Of a stretch of DNA of 64,000 nucleotides, positions 9,373-18,497 are shown one piece after another. Position 1 is the first letter of the stretch; each line of letters opens with the position of its first letter. The translations under genes were made by a program, and so were the position numbers. The notes beneath the pieces are model-generated. The model was given only the letters and a program-made list of their open reading frames with translations. It was not told the DNA's origin and ran no database searches. Source of the DNA: Patescibacteria group bacterium (GTDB lineage: Bacteria; Patescibacteriota; Microgenomatia; UBA1400; UBA1449); the NCBI GenBank assembly GCA_050942955.1, contig JBMNOG010000004.1:4431-68430 (forward strand). The letters are read 5' to 3'.

Positions 9373-10662
9373 ATGAGCCGGCAATTTCTTTCTTCGATTG
9401 CGTACAATTGTATCCTGGATCTTGCCAGCAAAGAAGGTATTTATGCTTCCTCAAAACAAGAGGCATATGGTTGCGTTTTTGGCCGCGACACTGCTATTAC
9501 CGTTCTTAAGCTTTTAAATAGTTACACACACGACCAAAACCGACAAATCTTGAGTATTTCAAAAAACGCCCTGGAAACTTTAATCAAACTACAAGGGAAA
9601 GGGTTTAACGTAGAAAGCGGGGAGGAGCCGGGCAAGTGTATTCATGAATATAGAGAAAAGGATTACGAAAGACTAATTAACAGCCAGAAGCCCTGGTATC
9701 TCTATCCAGACAAGAAACTCAGAAACTACGACTCTATTGATGCAACCCCTTTAATGCTTATTGCTGTTTATAGGTATTGGCAGCTTACAAATGATACAGA
9801 GTTTTTCTTGAATGCTCACCCGTCAGTTGAAGCCGGACTTAACTGGATCATGAACTACGGCGACAAAGACAGGGATTTTTTAATTGAATATGAACTGACC
9901 AAAGAGAGAAGGTGTGGTGGTTTGACAGTCCAGTCTTGGACGGATTCCGGAGAGTGCTTGCTTCAACCTGATAAAACATTTCCTGTCTATCCTATTGCTG
10001 CAGTTGAGGTTCAGGCCTTTGCCTGGCTGGCATTAAAACTCTGGAGCGATGTTTACCAAAAACACTCAACTACATTCAGTCAAAGACTAAAAGACTATGC
10101 TTCCAGTATGAAGAAATCTTTTAATAAACACTTCATTATTGAAGATAGCGGCCATTTTTACGCTGCTCAAGCTTTAGATGGAAATAAAAATCAGATCCGC
10201 ACGGTTACTGCCAATCCACTCTTGTGCCTCTGGGCAACCTACAAAAATGATGGCAGTCAGGAGTCGATTGTCGAGGAAATCTATGTTCCGCACTTTGTTG
10301 ACAGAGCATTTCACGAAGATATGTTTCTGTCTGATGCCGGAATTAGAACCATGAGCGCTCTAGCACCAACCTATAACCCAACCCCAACTTCATACCATAA
10401 CGGCAGTTTTTGGCCCATTCTTAACGGCCTTATCCATGAGGGTTTAATTACCTGGAAGTACTACATTGAAGCTGAGCTTCTGGCTAAAGCCAGCCTAAAA
10501 CCCATTCTCGAGTTTAAATGTCCCATAGAGCTCTATATTAAAGACTCGAATGGTGCTTTAGCTGAGTATACATCACCAAGTGGCCACAAAGGATGTCGAT
10601 TCCAGGCTTGGACAGCTGCAGCGATTTTAGATTTGATTAAGGATTATAAAGAAGAAGGATAA
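9373..10662 (+). CDS. amylo-alpha-1,6-glucosidase / glycogen-debranching-enzyme C-terminal-domain-like (six-hairpin glycosidase)
   Basis: 429 aa with GDE_C-like motifs (GCVFGRDTAITVL, ...DATPLMLIAVYRYW, QSWTDSGE). It immediately follows the GT4 gene. Confidence 0.7.
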   Translation: MSRQFLSSIAYNCILDLASKEGIYASSKQEAYGCVFGRDTAITVLKLLNSYTHDQNRQILSISKNALETLIKLQGKGFNVESGEEPGKCIHEYREKDYERLINSQKPWYLYPDKKLRNYDSIDATPLMLIAVYRYWQLTNDTEFFLNAHPSVEAGLNWIMNYGDKDRDFLIEYELTKERRCGGLTVQSWTDSGECLLQPDKTFPVYPIAAVEVQAFAWLALKLWSDVYQKHSTTFSQRLKDYASSMKKSFNKHFIIEDSGHFYAAQALDGNKNQIRTVTANPLLCLWATYKNDGSQESIVEEIYVPHFVDRAFHEDMFLSDAGIRTMSALAPTYNPTPTSYHNGSFWPILNGLIHEGLITWKYYIEAELLAKASLKPILEFKCPIELYIKDSNGALAEYTSPSGHKGCRFQAWTAAAILDLIKDYKEEG

Positions 10663-10730
10663 GTAGTGTCCCATGCCTGGATGTTTCTTTTCGCTAGATC
10701 AAGTAAAAACATCGTTAAGGCACAAAAAAG

Positions 10731-10804
<74 letters not shown>

Positions 10805-11027
10805 AGACAAAACCACTCCCCATATTTTAGCCGCAAACCCCTTATCAATCAAGTTTTTAGAGTGCAAAACCTATACGTAATTTCAGGCGAAATTTGCCCA
10901 GTGACAGTTCGCAATATATTTTGTAAAATGCAGACTCCTCACTGTGCTGTGCTTCCAAAAAGTATTAGTAACAAAGGAATTATTACTAAGCTTGACTTCA
11001 TAGAAACCAAGGAGTTTCTGGTGTGCA

Positions 11028-12794
11028 ATGTCACTGACTAAGAGAATTTTACTACTTGCAAAACCCTACTGGAAAAGGCTTATCGGGATTAGTGCTGCTA
11101 TACTGGCTATTAGCGGTCTTAAACAGGTTGAGCCGTTTGTTTTAAAGCAAATTACTGATACGATTGTCAATTCCTCACAAACACCTCAAGCATCGTTTGT
11201 AAACGTTTTGTCAGGGTTACTTTTGTCATTTCTTGGAGTCAAACTCCTGATTGTCGTTTTCAATAGGTTATCCTGGTATCTGGCAAACGTTTTTACATAC
11301 CGCTTTAGGGCAGTATTAAGAGAAGAAGGCTTCAGTCATTTATTAAGCCTTCCAATTAAATATTTTAACTCAAATCAGTCCGGCCACCTTATGAGTCGGC
11401 TTGACAGAGGCACGCAACAAATAACCTCTATTATTAACAACTCAGGCATGTATTTTCTGCCAAACGTAGTAACCGCTGTAATCGGAATTTTTGTTGTCAC
11501 TAAGTTTAATCCGGTGATTGCTCTTGCTATGGTAGCAGCATACATACCGGTTGGGTTTATCAACTACAAGAAGTTCACCAGAAACCAATCTCTTGAAAAA
11601 AGAGAAAACCGAATGTTTGATAAACAGTATAGTCATTTCTGGGAGATAATCGGAGCAGTTGAGCTAATTAAGTCGTTCACTGCAGAAAAATTCGAGCTAA
11701 AGCAACTCCGGAAGTTTAATAAAAATATAACCAAGAACCGTCTGAAAATTGAGAAAAACCATAACCTCTTTACATTGTCTGACATCTTTCTGGAAATCTG
11801 GGTTTGGGGAATTTACGCCTGGATTGTCTACCTGACGTTTAGTGGCAATTTTACAGTCGGAACAATGGTTTTAATGCTTAGCTACGTAGGCATCATTAGA
11901 GAACCTCTGTGGTCGCTTAACTGGATTTTTTGGGAGATCAAGCGGGCCCAGATTGGAGCTAAGGATTACTTCTCAATAATGGACGAAAAACTAGCTGTGA
12001 CAGAGTCGGCAAATGCCTTACAGCTTAAGAAGTCAGATGGGCACATTAAGTTTGAGAACGTGACCTTTAACTACAGCAACGGCAAGGACGTTTTGAAAGA
12101 CGTTTCTTTTGAAATTACACCTGGAACAACATGTGCGCTTGTGGGTAAATCAGGGGCTGGAAAGTCCACTATTATCGCACTTTTGAGCCGATTTTTTGAG
12201 GTTTCTAAAGGCAGAATTCTTATAGACGGTACAGATATTCGCAGAGTTTCATTAAAATCCTTACGAAAATGTATTGGTGTTGTTTCCCAGGAACCGTATC
12301 TTTTTGCTGACACAATTGAAGAAAACCTGCGTTACGGCAATCCAAACGCCACTCATAAACAAATTGAAGAGGCATGCAGGTTGGCTAATGCTCATGAGTT
12401 TATTGAGAAATTACCTAAAGGTTACAAGACCCGTATTGGTGAAAAAGGAGTTAAACTTTCGGGAGGACAAAGGCAAAGGTTGAGTATTGCCAGAGTTATT
12501 CTCAAAGATCCGGCAATCCTGATTTTCGATGAGGCAACCAGTCAACTTGACAGCCACTCAGAGGCGCTTATCCAGCAGTCATTGGCTAAACTGTCTCATA
12601 ACCGGACAACAATAATTATTGCCCACAGGTTATCGACAGTAAAAAGAGCCAACAAGATTATTGTTTTTGACCAGGGCATGAGGCTTGAAGAAGGACCACA
12701 CGATGAGCTTATAAAAAACGACAAGCTTTACTCGTCCTTGTTTAACTTGCAAAACGGCATAAACGAACAGCCTCACTATAACTACATTCAGTAA
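11028..12794 (+). CDS. ABC transporter, fused permease/ATP-binding protein (type I exporter, MsbA/LmrC-like)
   Basis: 6-TM N-domain. Walker A GKSGAGKST, signature LSGGQRQRLSIAR, Walker B ILIFDEATSQLD. Confidence 0.9.
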   Translation: MSLTKRILLLAKPYWKRLIGISAAILAISGLKQVEPFVLKQITDTIVNSSQTPQASFVNVLSGLLLSFLGVKLLIVVFNRLSWYLANVFTYRFRAVLREEGFSHLLSLPIKYFNSNQSGHLMSRLDRGTQQITSIINNSGMYFLPNVVTAVIGIFVVTKFNPVIALAMVAAYIPVGFINYKKFTRNQSLEKRENRMFDKQYSHFWEIIGAVELIKSFTAEKFELKQLRKFNKNITKNRLKIEKNHNLFTLSDIFLEIWVWGIYAWIVYLTFSGNFTVGTMVLMLSYVGIIREPLWSLNWIFWEIKRAQIGAKDYFSIMDEKLAVTESANALQLKKSDGHIKFENVTFNYSNGKDVLKDVSFEITPGTTCALVGKSGAGKSTIIALLSRFFEVSKGRILIDGTDIRRVSLKSLRKCIGVVSQEPYLFADTIEENLRYGNPNATHKQIEEACRLANAHEFIEKLPKGYKTRIGEKGVKLSGGQRQRLSIARVILKDPAILIFDEATSQLDSHSEALIQQSLAKLSHNRTTIIIAHRLSTVKRANKIIVFDQGMRLEEGPHDELIKNDKLYSSLFNLQNGINEQPHYNYIQ

Positions 12795-12843
12795 GTTTCA
12801 TTTCTCTCCCCTGCTTGTCTAATATCTTTCTTCCCATTACCAT

Positions 12844-14634
12844 ATGATACAGATATTTGTCAGCTTTATGCAAAACCTAGTCGGGATAATCAAGATCGCA
12901 AAACCATTGCGAAAATTGGCAATTCTTGTTGCTGTACTCATACTTATTGGTGCTATTTTAGGTCTTGTTACCCCCATTATCACCAAGCAGATTATTGATG
13001 AGATTGTTGCCAATATTCAAAATGAGGGCGGTAATCTCAACCGGCTCTATCTTTTAATTGGCCTGAGCTTTGTAGTCAACGTTTTTACAATTTTTATCGG
13101 CTCAGTTTCAGAAAGGCTGGGTGACCATTTCTCCGGCAAGCTTAATAAATACCTCACTGAATACTTTTACGCTAAGATTTTGACATTACCTCAGAGCTAC
13201 TTTGATACAGAGCTCTCCGGAAAGATTGTAAATCAGTTAAACCGCGGTATAACCTCAATCAGGCAGTTTGTTAATACAGCCTCAAATTTTATCCTACCAA
13301 CAATTCTCCAGACGATTTTTACTATCGCTGTTATCACGTACTACAATGTCCCTACGGCTATTCTTCTTATTCTCCTGTTTCCGGTTTATACATATTTAAG
13401 TCTCTACTCAACCCGCAAATGGGGCAAAGAAGAAGTAAAGAAAAATAAAATCGAAGACGTTACCCGAGGCCGAATTACAGAGGTTGTATCCAGTATTAAG
13501 ATTGTTAAAACGTTTACTAACGAACTTAGAGAATTAAAAACTCTTAGTAAGAACCTAAACCAAATTAATACCATCTATGCGAGACAGAGTACAACGTTTC
13601 ATATTTTTGACTTTCTGCGAAATCTTAGCCTGCACATTATTTTACTAGGTATAAACATCATTATCTTTTACAGTGCGTTTCGCGAGCTTATTACTATTGG
13701 TACCATGGTTTTAATTCTTGAACTGGTGTTTCAAGCAAGACGGCCGCTATTTGCCATGTCATTTATCTTAACACAGGTACAAATGGCAGAGAGCGGTTCG
13801 AAAGAGTTTTTTGAGATTCTTAACCTTGAAACAATTGAGAGGTATGGAGAGTCTCTTAAGCTAGGCAAGGTCAAAAACCCTAGTATCAGGTTTAAGAATG
13901 TTGGTTTTAGTTATAAGGATTCTGAGGAAGTGCTCAAAAATGTTTCTTTTACGATTAACCCTGGAGAGAAAGTAGCTTTAGTTGGGCCAAGCGGCGCCGG
14001 GAAAACAACAATTATTAACTTAATTCTCAAGTTCTACGAGCCGTCTAAAGGTACCATTTACTTAAAAAATACATCCTACAAAGATTTGACACACAGAGAT
14101 ACGAGGGAAAATATTGCTCTTGTTTTCCAAGAAAATGAACTTTTCTCTTCAACGATTGCCGAAAACGTAGCCTATGGCCAAAAGGTTTCGCGAAAAGAAA
14201 TTATAAAGGCTTTAAAGTTTGCCAATGCGTATGATTTTGTTCAAAAATTGCCAAAAGGCATTAACTCCAAGGTTGGTGAACGGGGCGTAAAACTTTCGGG
14301 CGGGCAAAAGCAGAGAATTCAGATAGCTAGAGCTATTTTGAGCAACCGGCCGATTCTTATTCTTGACGAAGCGACCAGTAATCTTGATGCCAAATCAGAA
14401 CGGCTGGTGCAGCAGGCTCTAGAAAATCTTATGAAGGGTAGACTAGTTATTATCATTGCTCACAGGCTCAGCACCATCCAAAACGTTGACAGGATTTTTG
14501 TAGTTGATAAAGGAAAAATCGTTGACAAGGGCACACCCAAAGAACTCTCAAAACGCCCTGGAATTTACAACACTCTGCTTACTTACCAACTTGAAGGTGA
14601 TAGAAAACTTCTGGAAAACTTTGAGATTTACTAG
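12844..14634 (+). CDS. ABC transporter, fused permease/ATP-binding protein (second half of a heterodimeric exporter)
   Basis: Walker A GPSGAGKTT, signature LSGGQKQRIQIAR, Walker B ILILDEATSNLD. It sits directly downstream of its paralog. Confidence 0.9.
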   Translation: MIQIFVSFMQNLVGIIKIAKPLRKLAILVAVLILIGAILGLVTPIITKQIIDEIVANIQNEGGNLNRLYLLIGLSFVVNVFTIFIGSVSERLGDHFSGKLNKYLTEYFYAKILTLPQSYFDTELSGKIVNQLNRGITSIRQFVNTASNFILPTILQTIFTIAVITYYNVPTAILLILLFPVYTYLSLYSTRKWGKEEVKKNKIEDVTRGRITEVVSSIKIVKTFTNELRELKTLSKNLNQINTIYARQSTTFHIFDFLRNLSLHIILLGINIIIFYSAFRELITIGTMVLILELVFQARRPLFAMSFILTQVQMAESGSKEFFEILNLETIERYGESLKLGKVKNPSIRFKNVGFSYKDSEEVLKNVSFTINPGEKVALVGPSGAGKTTIINLILKFYEPSKGTIYLKNTSYKDLTHRDTRENIALVFQENELFSSTIAENVAYGQKVSRKEIIKALKFANAYDFVQKLPKGINSKVGERGVKLSGGQKQRIQIARAILSNRPILILDEATSNLDAKSERLVQQALENLMKGRLVIIIAHRLSTIQNVDRIFVVDKGKIVDKGTPKELSKRPGIYNTLLTYQLEGDRKLLENFEIY

Positions 14635-15114
14635 CTACTTCACAATTACTGTAGCCTTATGTTCTAGGTTTTGAGTATCAAAGAAATAGTATCTACCTTC
14701 TTCAGAAAATGTTGTACTCTTAGTTTTTCCTGGATCGAGTGTAATAATTGTTTCCGAAAGGCCTTGTACGCTGCCTTTACTTAGATTATTCCGGATTTGC
14801 CGCTTTTTAGAGCTTATGTTTTTCCAAATCACTCCTTCACCTGGCTTAATAATAATTAAGCCAGGATAAATATCTTCTTCGGTTAATTCAAATGTATACT
14901 CCTTAAGTGAAACTCCCGTATCCGGCAGAATATCAAAATCCGGAGTTGGGGTAGGACTCGGTGTGGGGCTGGGAGTTGGTTCAGGTGAAACTGTAGGTGT
15001 CGGTGAAGGTAGGGGCTCGAGGTCAACCTGCTCATCTCTGGTAAAGAAAAAAATTATCCCTCCTAAAATTACTGCCAAAATAAGCAAACCACCAATAAGT
15101 TGCACTAGCGTCAT
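14635..15114 (-). CDS. membrane-anchored protein with a Pro/Thr-rich linker and a small beta-sandwich-like C-domain
   Basis: N-terminal TM (LIGGLLILAVILGGIIFFF). Linker PSPTPTVSPEPTPSPTPSPTPTPD. No enzymatic motif. Confidence 0.5.
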   Translation of the reverse strand: MTLVQLIGGLLILAVILGGIIFFFTRDEQVDLEPLPSPTPTVSPEPTPSPTPSPTPTPDFDILPDTGVSLKEYTFELTEEDIYPGLIIIKPGEGVIWKNISSKKRQIRNNLSKGSVQGLSETIITLDPGKTKSTTFSEEGRYYFFDTQNLEHKATVIVK

Positions 15115-15303
15115 GATGAAACTCTACGAAGCAAATATCAAGCCTTGTTTACAGATCTGTAATAGGAAAGTAAGAAAAGATTGATTATTCATTATTTAGT
15201 AGTGCTTATTACTGGTTTATTACATGACACTTATGGCAATTTAATGTGTAGCAAATATGTTTTAATCTAGTTTCTACATTTAGTTCTTTGAAAAAGCAAT
15301 CCA

Positions 15304-15384
15304 ACATAGAGAGTAATTCTGAAGTAGTGCCAGCCTCATACGGCTTGAGGAGCAAGGCATGCTTTAGAATAGTCTCTCTATGTC
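15304..15384 (+). promoter_or_regulatory. ~80-nt extended imperfect hairpin in the 5' region of the GTG-start gene at 15412
   Basis: Outer arms acatagagag / ctctctatgt (10 bp). Middle arms attctgaag / ctttagaat. Inner hairpin gcctca-tacggct-tgaggag. It ends ~20 nt before GGAGG-N5-GTG. Confidence 0.35.
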
Positions 15385-15411
15385 TCCGATTCCAATCCGC
15401 AGGAGGCTACC

Positions 15412-15912
15412 GTGAACTCACACTATTCGAACTACGCTATCAGATTACTCGTCGAAGAAGGGAAGGAGGCACAACAAGTTTGGTATGAAGAAAAACTATA
15501 CATCATCGCTCCTCAGAGTACCAATTTTTCAGTTCTGGCAATAATCCGTGGGGTCACTACAAACACATACGCTAGGTTTTACGTCTGCGGTCTTTGTTCT
15601 ACAACGGGTAAAACAAAGTCAGATGATGACCTTGGTGAGTGGCTCGAACCTCCGGTCGACGCTACCGCAATATGCAACTGGGTCACAGAAAGCAAGAAGG
15701 CAGTGCCGTTTTGCTTTGGTTTCGACAAGATAACTGAAGTGAATGTTAATAAAGATGATTACGGTATGATAGTGGTTAAGTTTTACAGCTACTCAGGCGA
15801 TATCAATTGGCAAAATTACTTGTACAAGCCGATAGCTCCTTCTGCTAATTTGCTAACACTGGCAAGTATCCAAACACTTACCTTTATGTCTGAAGAGGAG
15901 GTTGGCTACTAG
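15412..15912 (+). CDS. hypothetical Cys-containing protein (166 aa), GTG start
   Basis: GGAGG SD 6 nt upstream of GTG. Followed by a strong hairpin terminator. No recognisable domain. Confidence 0.45.
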   Translation: MNSHYSNYAIRLLVEEGKEAQQVWYEEKLYIIAPQSTNFSVLAIIRGVTTNTYARFYVCGLCSTTGKTKSDDDLGEWLEPPVDATAICNWVTESKKAVPFCFGFDKITEVNVNKDDYGMIVVKFYSYSGDINWQNYLYKPIAPSANLLTLASIQTLTFMSEEEVGY

Positions 15913-15963
15913 AAGGCGGAGGCAGTGCCGTGACAAGTGTCACGAGTAAAATATGAAGAGAGG

Positions 15964-16024
15964 CGGGTCGAAAGTGCCGAATGGATCTAAGATCCACCAA
16001 GCAACTACTTTCGACCGCTTTTCC
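15964..16024 (+). terminator. intrinsic terminator (compound hairpin plus T-tract)
   Basis: gggtcgaaagt...ggatc-taa-gatcc...actttcgacc is followed by gcttttcc. Confidence 0.5.
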
Positions 16025-16102
16025 GAATACTTGAATGTAAAAAAATATTCAGAAAAGCTTTTACTTCTTGATGTTAATAGAATAGACCGAATAAACCGGT
16101 CA

Positions 16103-16119
16103 ATTTTTGCTGGTGATCC
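16103..16119 (-). repeat. partial duplicate of the tRNA-Glu 3' end (T-arm/acceptor fragment)
   Basis: gtgatcccacgggga(c) repeats the 3'-terminal ~15 nt of the tRNA-Glu at 16173-16189. It lies 53 nt downstream of the tRNA, and no 5' half is present. Confidence 0.6.
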
Positions 16120-16172
16120 CACGGGGACCCTTGTTCGCTTCGCTCCAAGGACAGGCTCAAACCCGTAGACTG

Positions 16173-16245
16173 TGATCCCACGGGGAATCGAACCCCGGTT
16201 TTTGGGATGAAAACCCAATGTCCTAGGCCACTAGACGATGGGACC
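16173..16245 (-). tRNA. tRNA-Glu (anticodon TTC)
   Basis: GGTCCCA acceptor, anticodon stem TTGGG/CCCAA with loop TTTTCAT, T-arm CGGGG-TTCGATT-CCCCG, 3' TGGGATC-A. No encoded CCA. Confidence 0.85.
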
Positions 16246-16344
16246 AAACTTAATTTCACTTTTTAATCAGCAACACCAAAATACAATACACCGAAAGCTG
16301 CCGAACTTAGATATTATACTAAAAAATCTCAAATTTAACAGGAA

Positions 16345-17529
16345 CTAAGGGGTTAAAACAATACCCTTGGTATACTCTAATATATTTTGGCCTTCGTGAA
16401 TGTCTCTCCCTGGAACAGGAGTTAAAACTTTTGAAGAGTTCTGGACAGTATCAGAAACAATATCTACTGTTGTCTGCTCAAAATCTCTTTGGCCTTCGTA
16501 GTAAATCTCGGCAATTTTAATCTCCTTATCCTGTGAGTTTACTGCTAGTTTTGCTTTGCGCGAGGGGTCAGTAAAGAGGGATAAGCGTATTTGTCCAGGA
16601 GCAATCAGGCTAACATGGTACACCTCAAAAAAGTCGCCAAAAACAATTCGTTCAGGCGTAATCTTGATATCCATTGGGTTATAGCTAACAACCACATCAA
16701 CAGCAGTAACATCATTTTTTTCCGTAGCAAGGTACGCCGCAATGATGCCGGATTTTTCTTCAAGCCGTAGGTATGTACCCTTTTCTCTCAGTGCTCTTTT
16801 AAGAACCGAGTTTTCGAAAGGTTGAATTAAAAACTGCTCAGGCTGCCGGGTTAAAGCTGCTAAATCTCCAAAACGGGAACTTTCCTGGTACTCAGCAATA
16901 ACCGCTAGTCTGTGAGAGTACAACTGAATTTGAGGATTCCAAACACCGGAACATGTGATCAAACTTACCTGAGGTTCTTTTCTGTCACCGTAGATTTTAT
17001 CCTGCGGAAACCCATCAAGCGGAACATTTATAACCTCTTTAACTGTATAGAGATGTTGCATGCCGACATTGTTTACAATAAAAAATTGGTCTCCTTCTTG
17101 CAGATTTTTCAGATTGTAAAAAATTGCCGGAGCGCCGGTTGGCGTATCATAATGGCCGGACAATACTGCACTCCCCTTTTGTCCTGGAGGAGTACCGTAG
17201 CGGTACCAACCTACATGAGCAGCATTAGACGGTACCTCCATTTCCTGAGTTTCAGGTACATAGCCAACAGGGACAATCTCGGTGTCAATGTTAAGTGTTG
17301 GAATGATAAGCTTAACCGGAATTGGTGTTGGTGTTGGATTGGGTGTAGGGTTTGGCGACTGCTGGGGGAATCCAATAGGAGCTACCTTGCTGCTATCTTG
17401 ATTGGTTGGAGTACTGTAGGTGCCTACCATCCAGTGCAAAACCAGAGCTCCACCAATAATCATAAATAGACTAAATATTAGTAGTGATTGAATTGATATT
17501 TTGTCTAAAATCTTACTAACAAGTTTCAT
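16345..17529 (-). CDS. sortase-family transpeptidase with N-terminal TM, PT linker and a ~200-aa C-terminal extension
   Basis: Sortase core: IPTLNIDTEIVPVGYV ... AVLSGHYDT ... VSLITCSG (catalytic Cys in the TLITC-type motif). Linker PNPTPNPTPTPIP. Confidence 0.8.
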   Translation of the reverse strand: MKLVSKILDKISIQSLLIFSLFMIIGGALVLHWMVGTYSTPTNQDSSKVAPIGFPQQSPNPTPNPTPTPIPVKLIIPTLNIDTEIVPVGYVPETQEMEVPSNAAHVGWYRYGTPPGQKGSAVLSGHYDTPTGAPAIFYNLKNLQEGDQFFIVNNVGMQHLYTVKEVINVPLDGFPQDKIYGDRKEPQVSLITCSGVWNPQIQLYSHRLAVIAEYQESSRFGDLAALTRQPEQFLIQPFENSVLKRALREKGTYLRLEEKSGIIAAYLATEKNDVTAVDVVVSYNPMDIKITPERIVFGDFFEVYHVSLIAPGQIRLSLFTDPSRKAKLAVNSQDKEIKIAEIYYEGQRDFEQTTVDIVSDTVQNSSKVLTPVPGRDIHEGQNILEYTKGIVLTP

Positions 17530-17531
17530 GC

Positions 17532-18011
17532 CTAGATAAGTCTCCTATTGGTATAGGCATGGGTGAGAGCTACAGCTACAGCATCAGCTGCGTCATCCTG
17601 CTTAAAAACTTCCTCCGTCTGCAAGTGAAATTTTAAGATAGCCTGGACTTGCTTTTTGTCTGCTCTCCCATACCCAATCAGTGCTTGTTTCACCTGGAGC
17701 GGTGTATAGTCAAAAACCGGTAGCCCCGACATCACCCCTGCTAAAACAATCACTCCCCTAGCATGGCTGGCTAGAATAGCGGTTTTTTGATTGGTGTTGA
17801 AAAACAGGCTTTCGACAGCAATTTCTTCAACTTTCTGCTTTTTTATGACATCAGTAATTGCCTTAAATACAGTTAAAAGCCGATCATTGAAAGGACTATT
17901 TTTAGATGTAGTTATGCAATCGCAGGCAATATACTTTGCTTTACGTTTCGAGTAATCAATAATACCCCAACCTATCCTGCCATAACCCGGGTCTATACCT
18001 AAAATTTTCAT
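17532..18011 (-). CDS. ruvC: crossover junction endodeoxyribonuclease RuvC
   Basis: MKILGIDPGYGRIGWGII... and the conserved acidic residues. 159 aa. Confidence 0.9.
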   Translation of the reverse strand: MKILGIDPGYGRIGWGIIDYSKRKAKYIACDCITTSKNSPFNDRLLTVFKAITDVIKKQKVEEIAVESLFFNTNQKTAILASHARGVIVLAGVMSGLPVFDYTPLQVKQALIGYGRADKKQVQAILKFHLQTEEVFKQDDAADAVAVALTHAYTNRRLI

Positions 18012-18030
18012 ACCTAAATTGTAGCATCTG

Positions 18031-18048
18031 TTGCTAGCTGGTATAATA
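18031..18048 (+). promoter_or_regulatory. possible extended -10 promoter (TGgTATAAT) ~210 nt upstream of tRNA-Lys
   Basis: ctgGTATAAT at 18039-18048. No good -35. Confidence 0.3.
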
Positions 18049-18260
18049 CCACTGTTCAGTGAAAACTGAACTTATTTAATTGGAAAGAGCTTTTCATCCA
18101 CTTGAAACTACATTAGGAAGTGAATTTTGGACCGTTAGCCCGTGCAGGTCGAAGACAGACCGTCCTGGAAGCAAAACGACCATGGATTAGTTCGAGGCCG
18201 AGGGCCTGAGATGATACCGAGAATGGTTAGCACTTATATAGAAAGATAAATTAATATTTT

Positions 18261-18334
18261 GGGCCGTTAGCTCAGTTGGTTAGAGCACCTGCCTTTTAAG
18301 CAGGGTGTCCTGGGTTCGAGTCCCAGACGGCTCA
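18261..18334 (+). tRNA. tRNA-Lys (anticodon TTT)
   Basis: GGGCCGT acceptor, D-arm GCTC-AGTTGGTTA-GAGC, anticodon stem CCTGC/GCAGG with loop CTTTTAA, T-arm CTGGG-TTCGAGT-CCCAG, ACGGCTC-A 3' end. No encoded CCA. Confidence 0.9.
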
Positions 18335-18458
18335 CAAAGTATTTCTCTCTCTGTTACTTAGTTCGGTATTTTTAGTATTTTTGTTGTAACTTCAATTTTA
18401 CTCAAGAAAAAGTGTTCCAGACCCAGATGGCGCTATTGATAAATCTCCAAAGCTAGTA

Positions 18459-18489
18459 ATTGACACGATACAATAATCCACCTATAATC
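18459..18489 (+). promoter_or_regulatory. sigma70-like promoter (TTGACA-N19-TATAAT) placing the AbiEi ATG at or within a few nt of the transcript start (leaderless)
   Basis: ttgaca at 18459-18464 and tataat at 18484-18489. The ATG is at 18498, with no SD. Confidence 0.45.
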
Positions 18490-18497
18490 AGTGGTAT

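Noticed and set aside
15940-16259. ORFs 15940..16218(-), 15953..16168(+) and 16074..16259(-)
   Set aside because: They translate through tRNA-Glu and its duplicated 3' fragment (GFHPKNRGSIPRG is a typical translated-tRNA artefact). Not coding.
16912-17469. 185-aa plus-strand ORF
   Set aside because: Antisense to the sortase gene.
18100-18240. Possible small RNA (SRP-like GGAAGCA and AGGUC motifs) in the leader upstream of tRNA-Lys
   Set aside because: The similarity to 4.5S/SRP RNA domain IV is only fragmentary, and I cannot fold it into the conserved helix 8. Not called.
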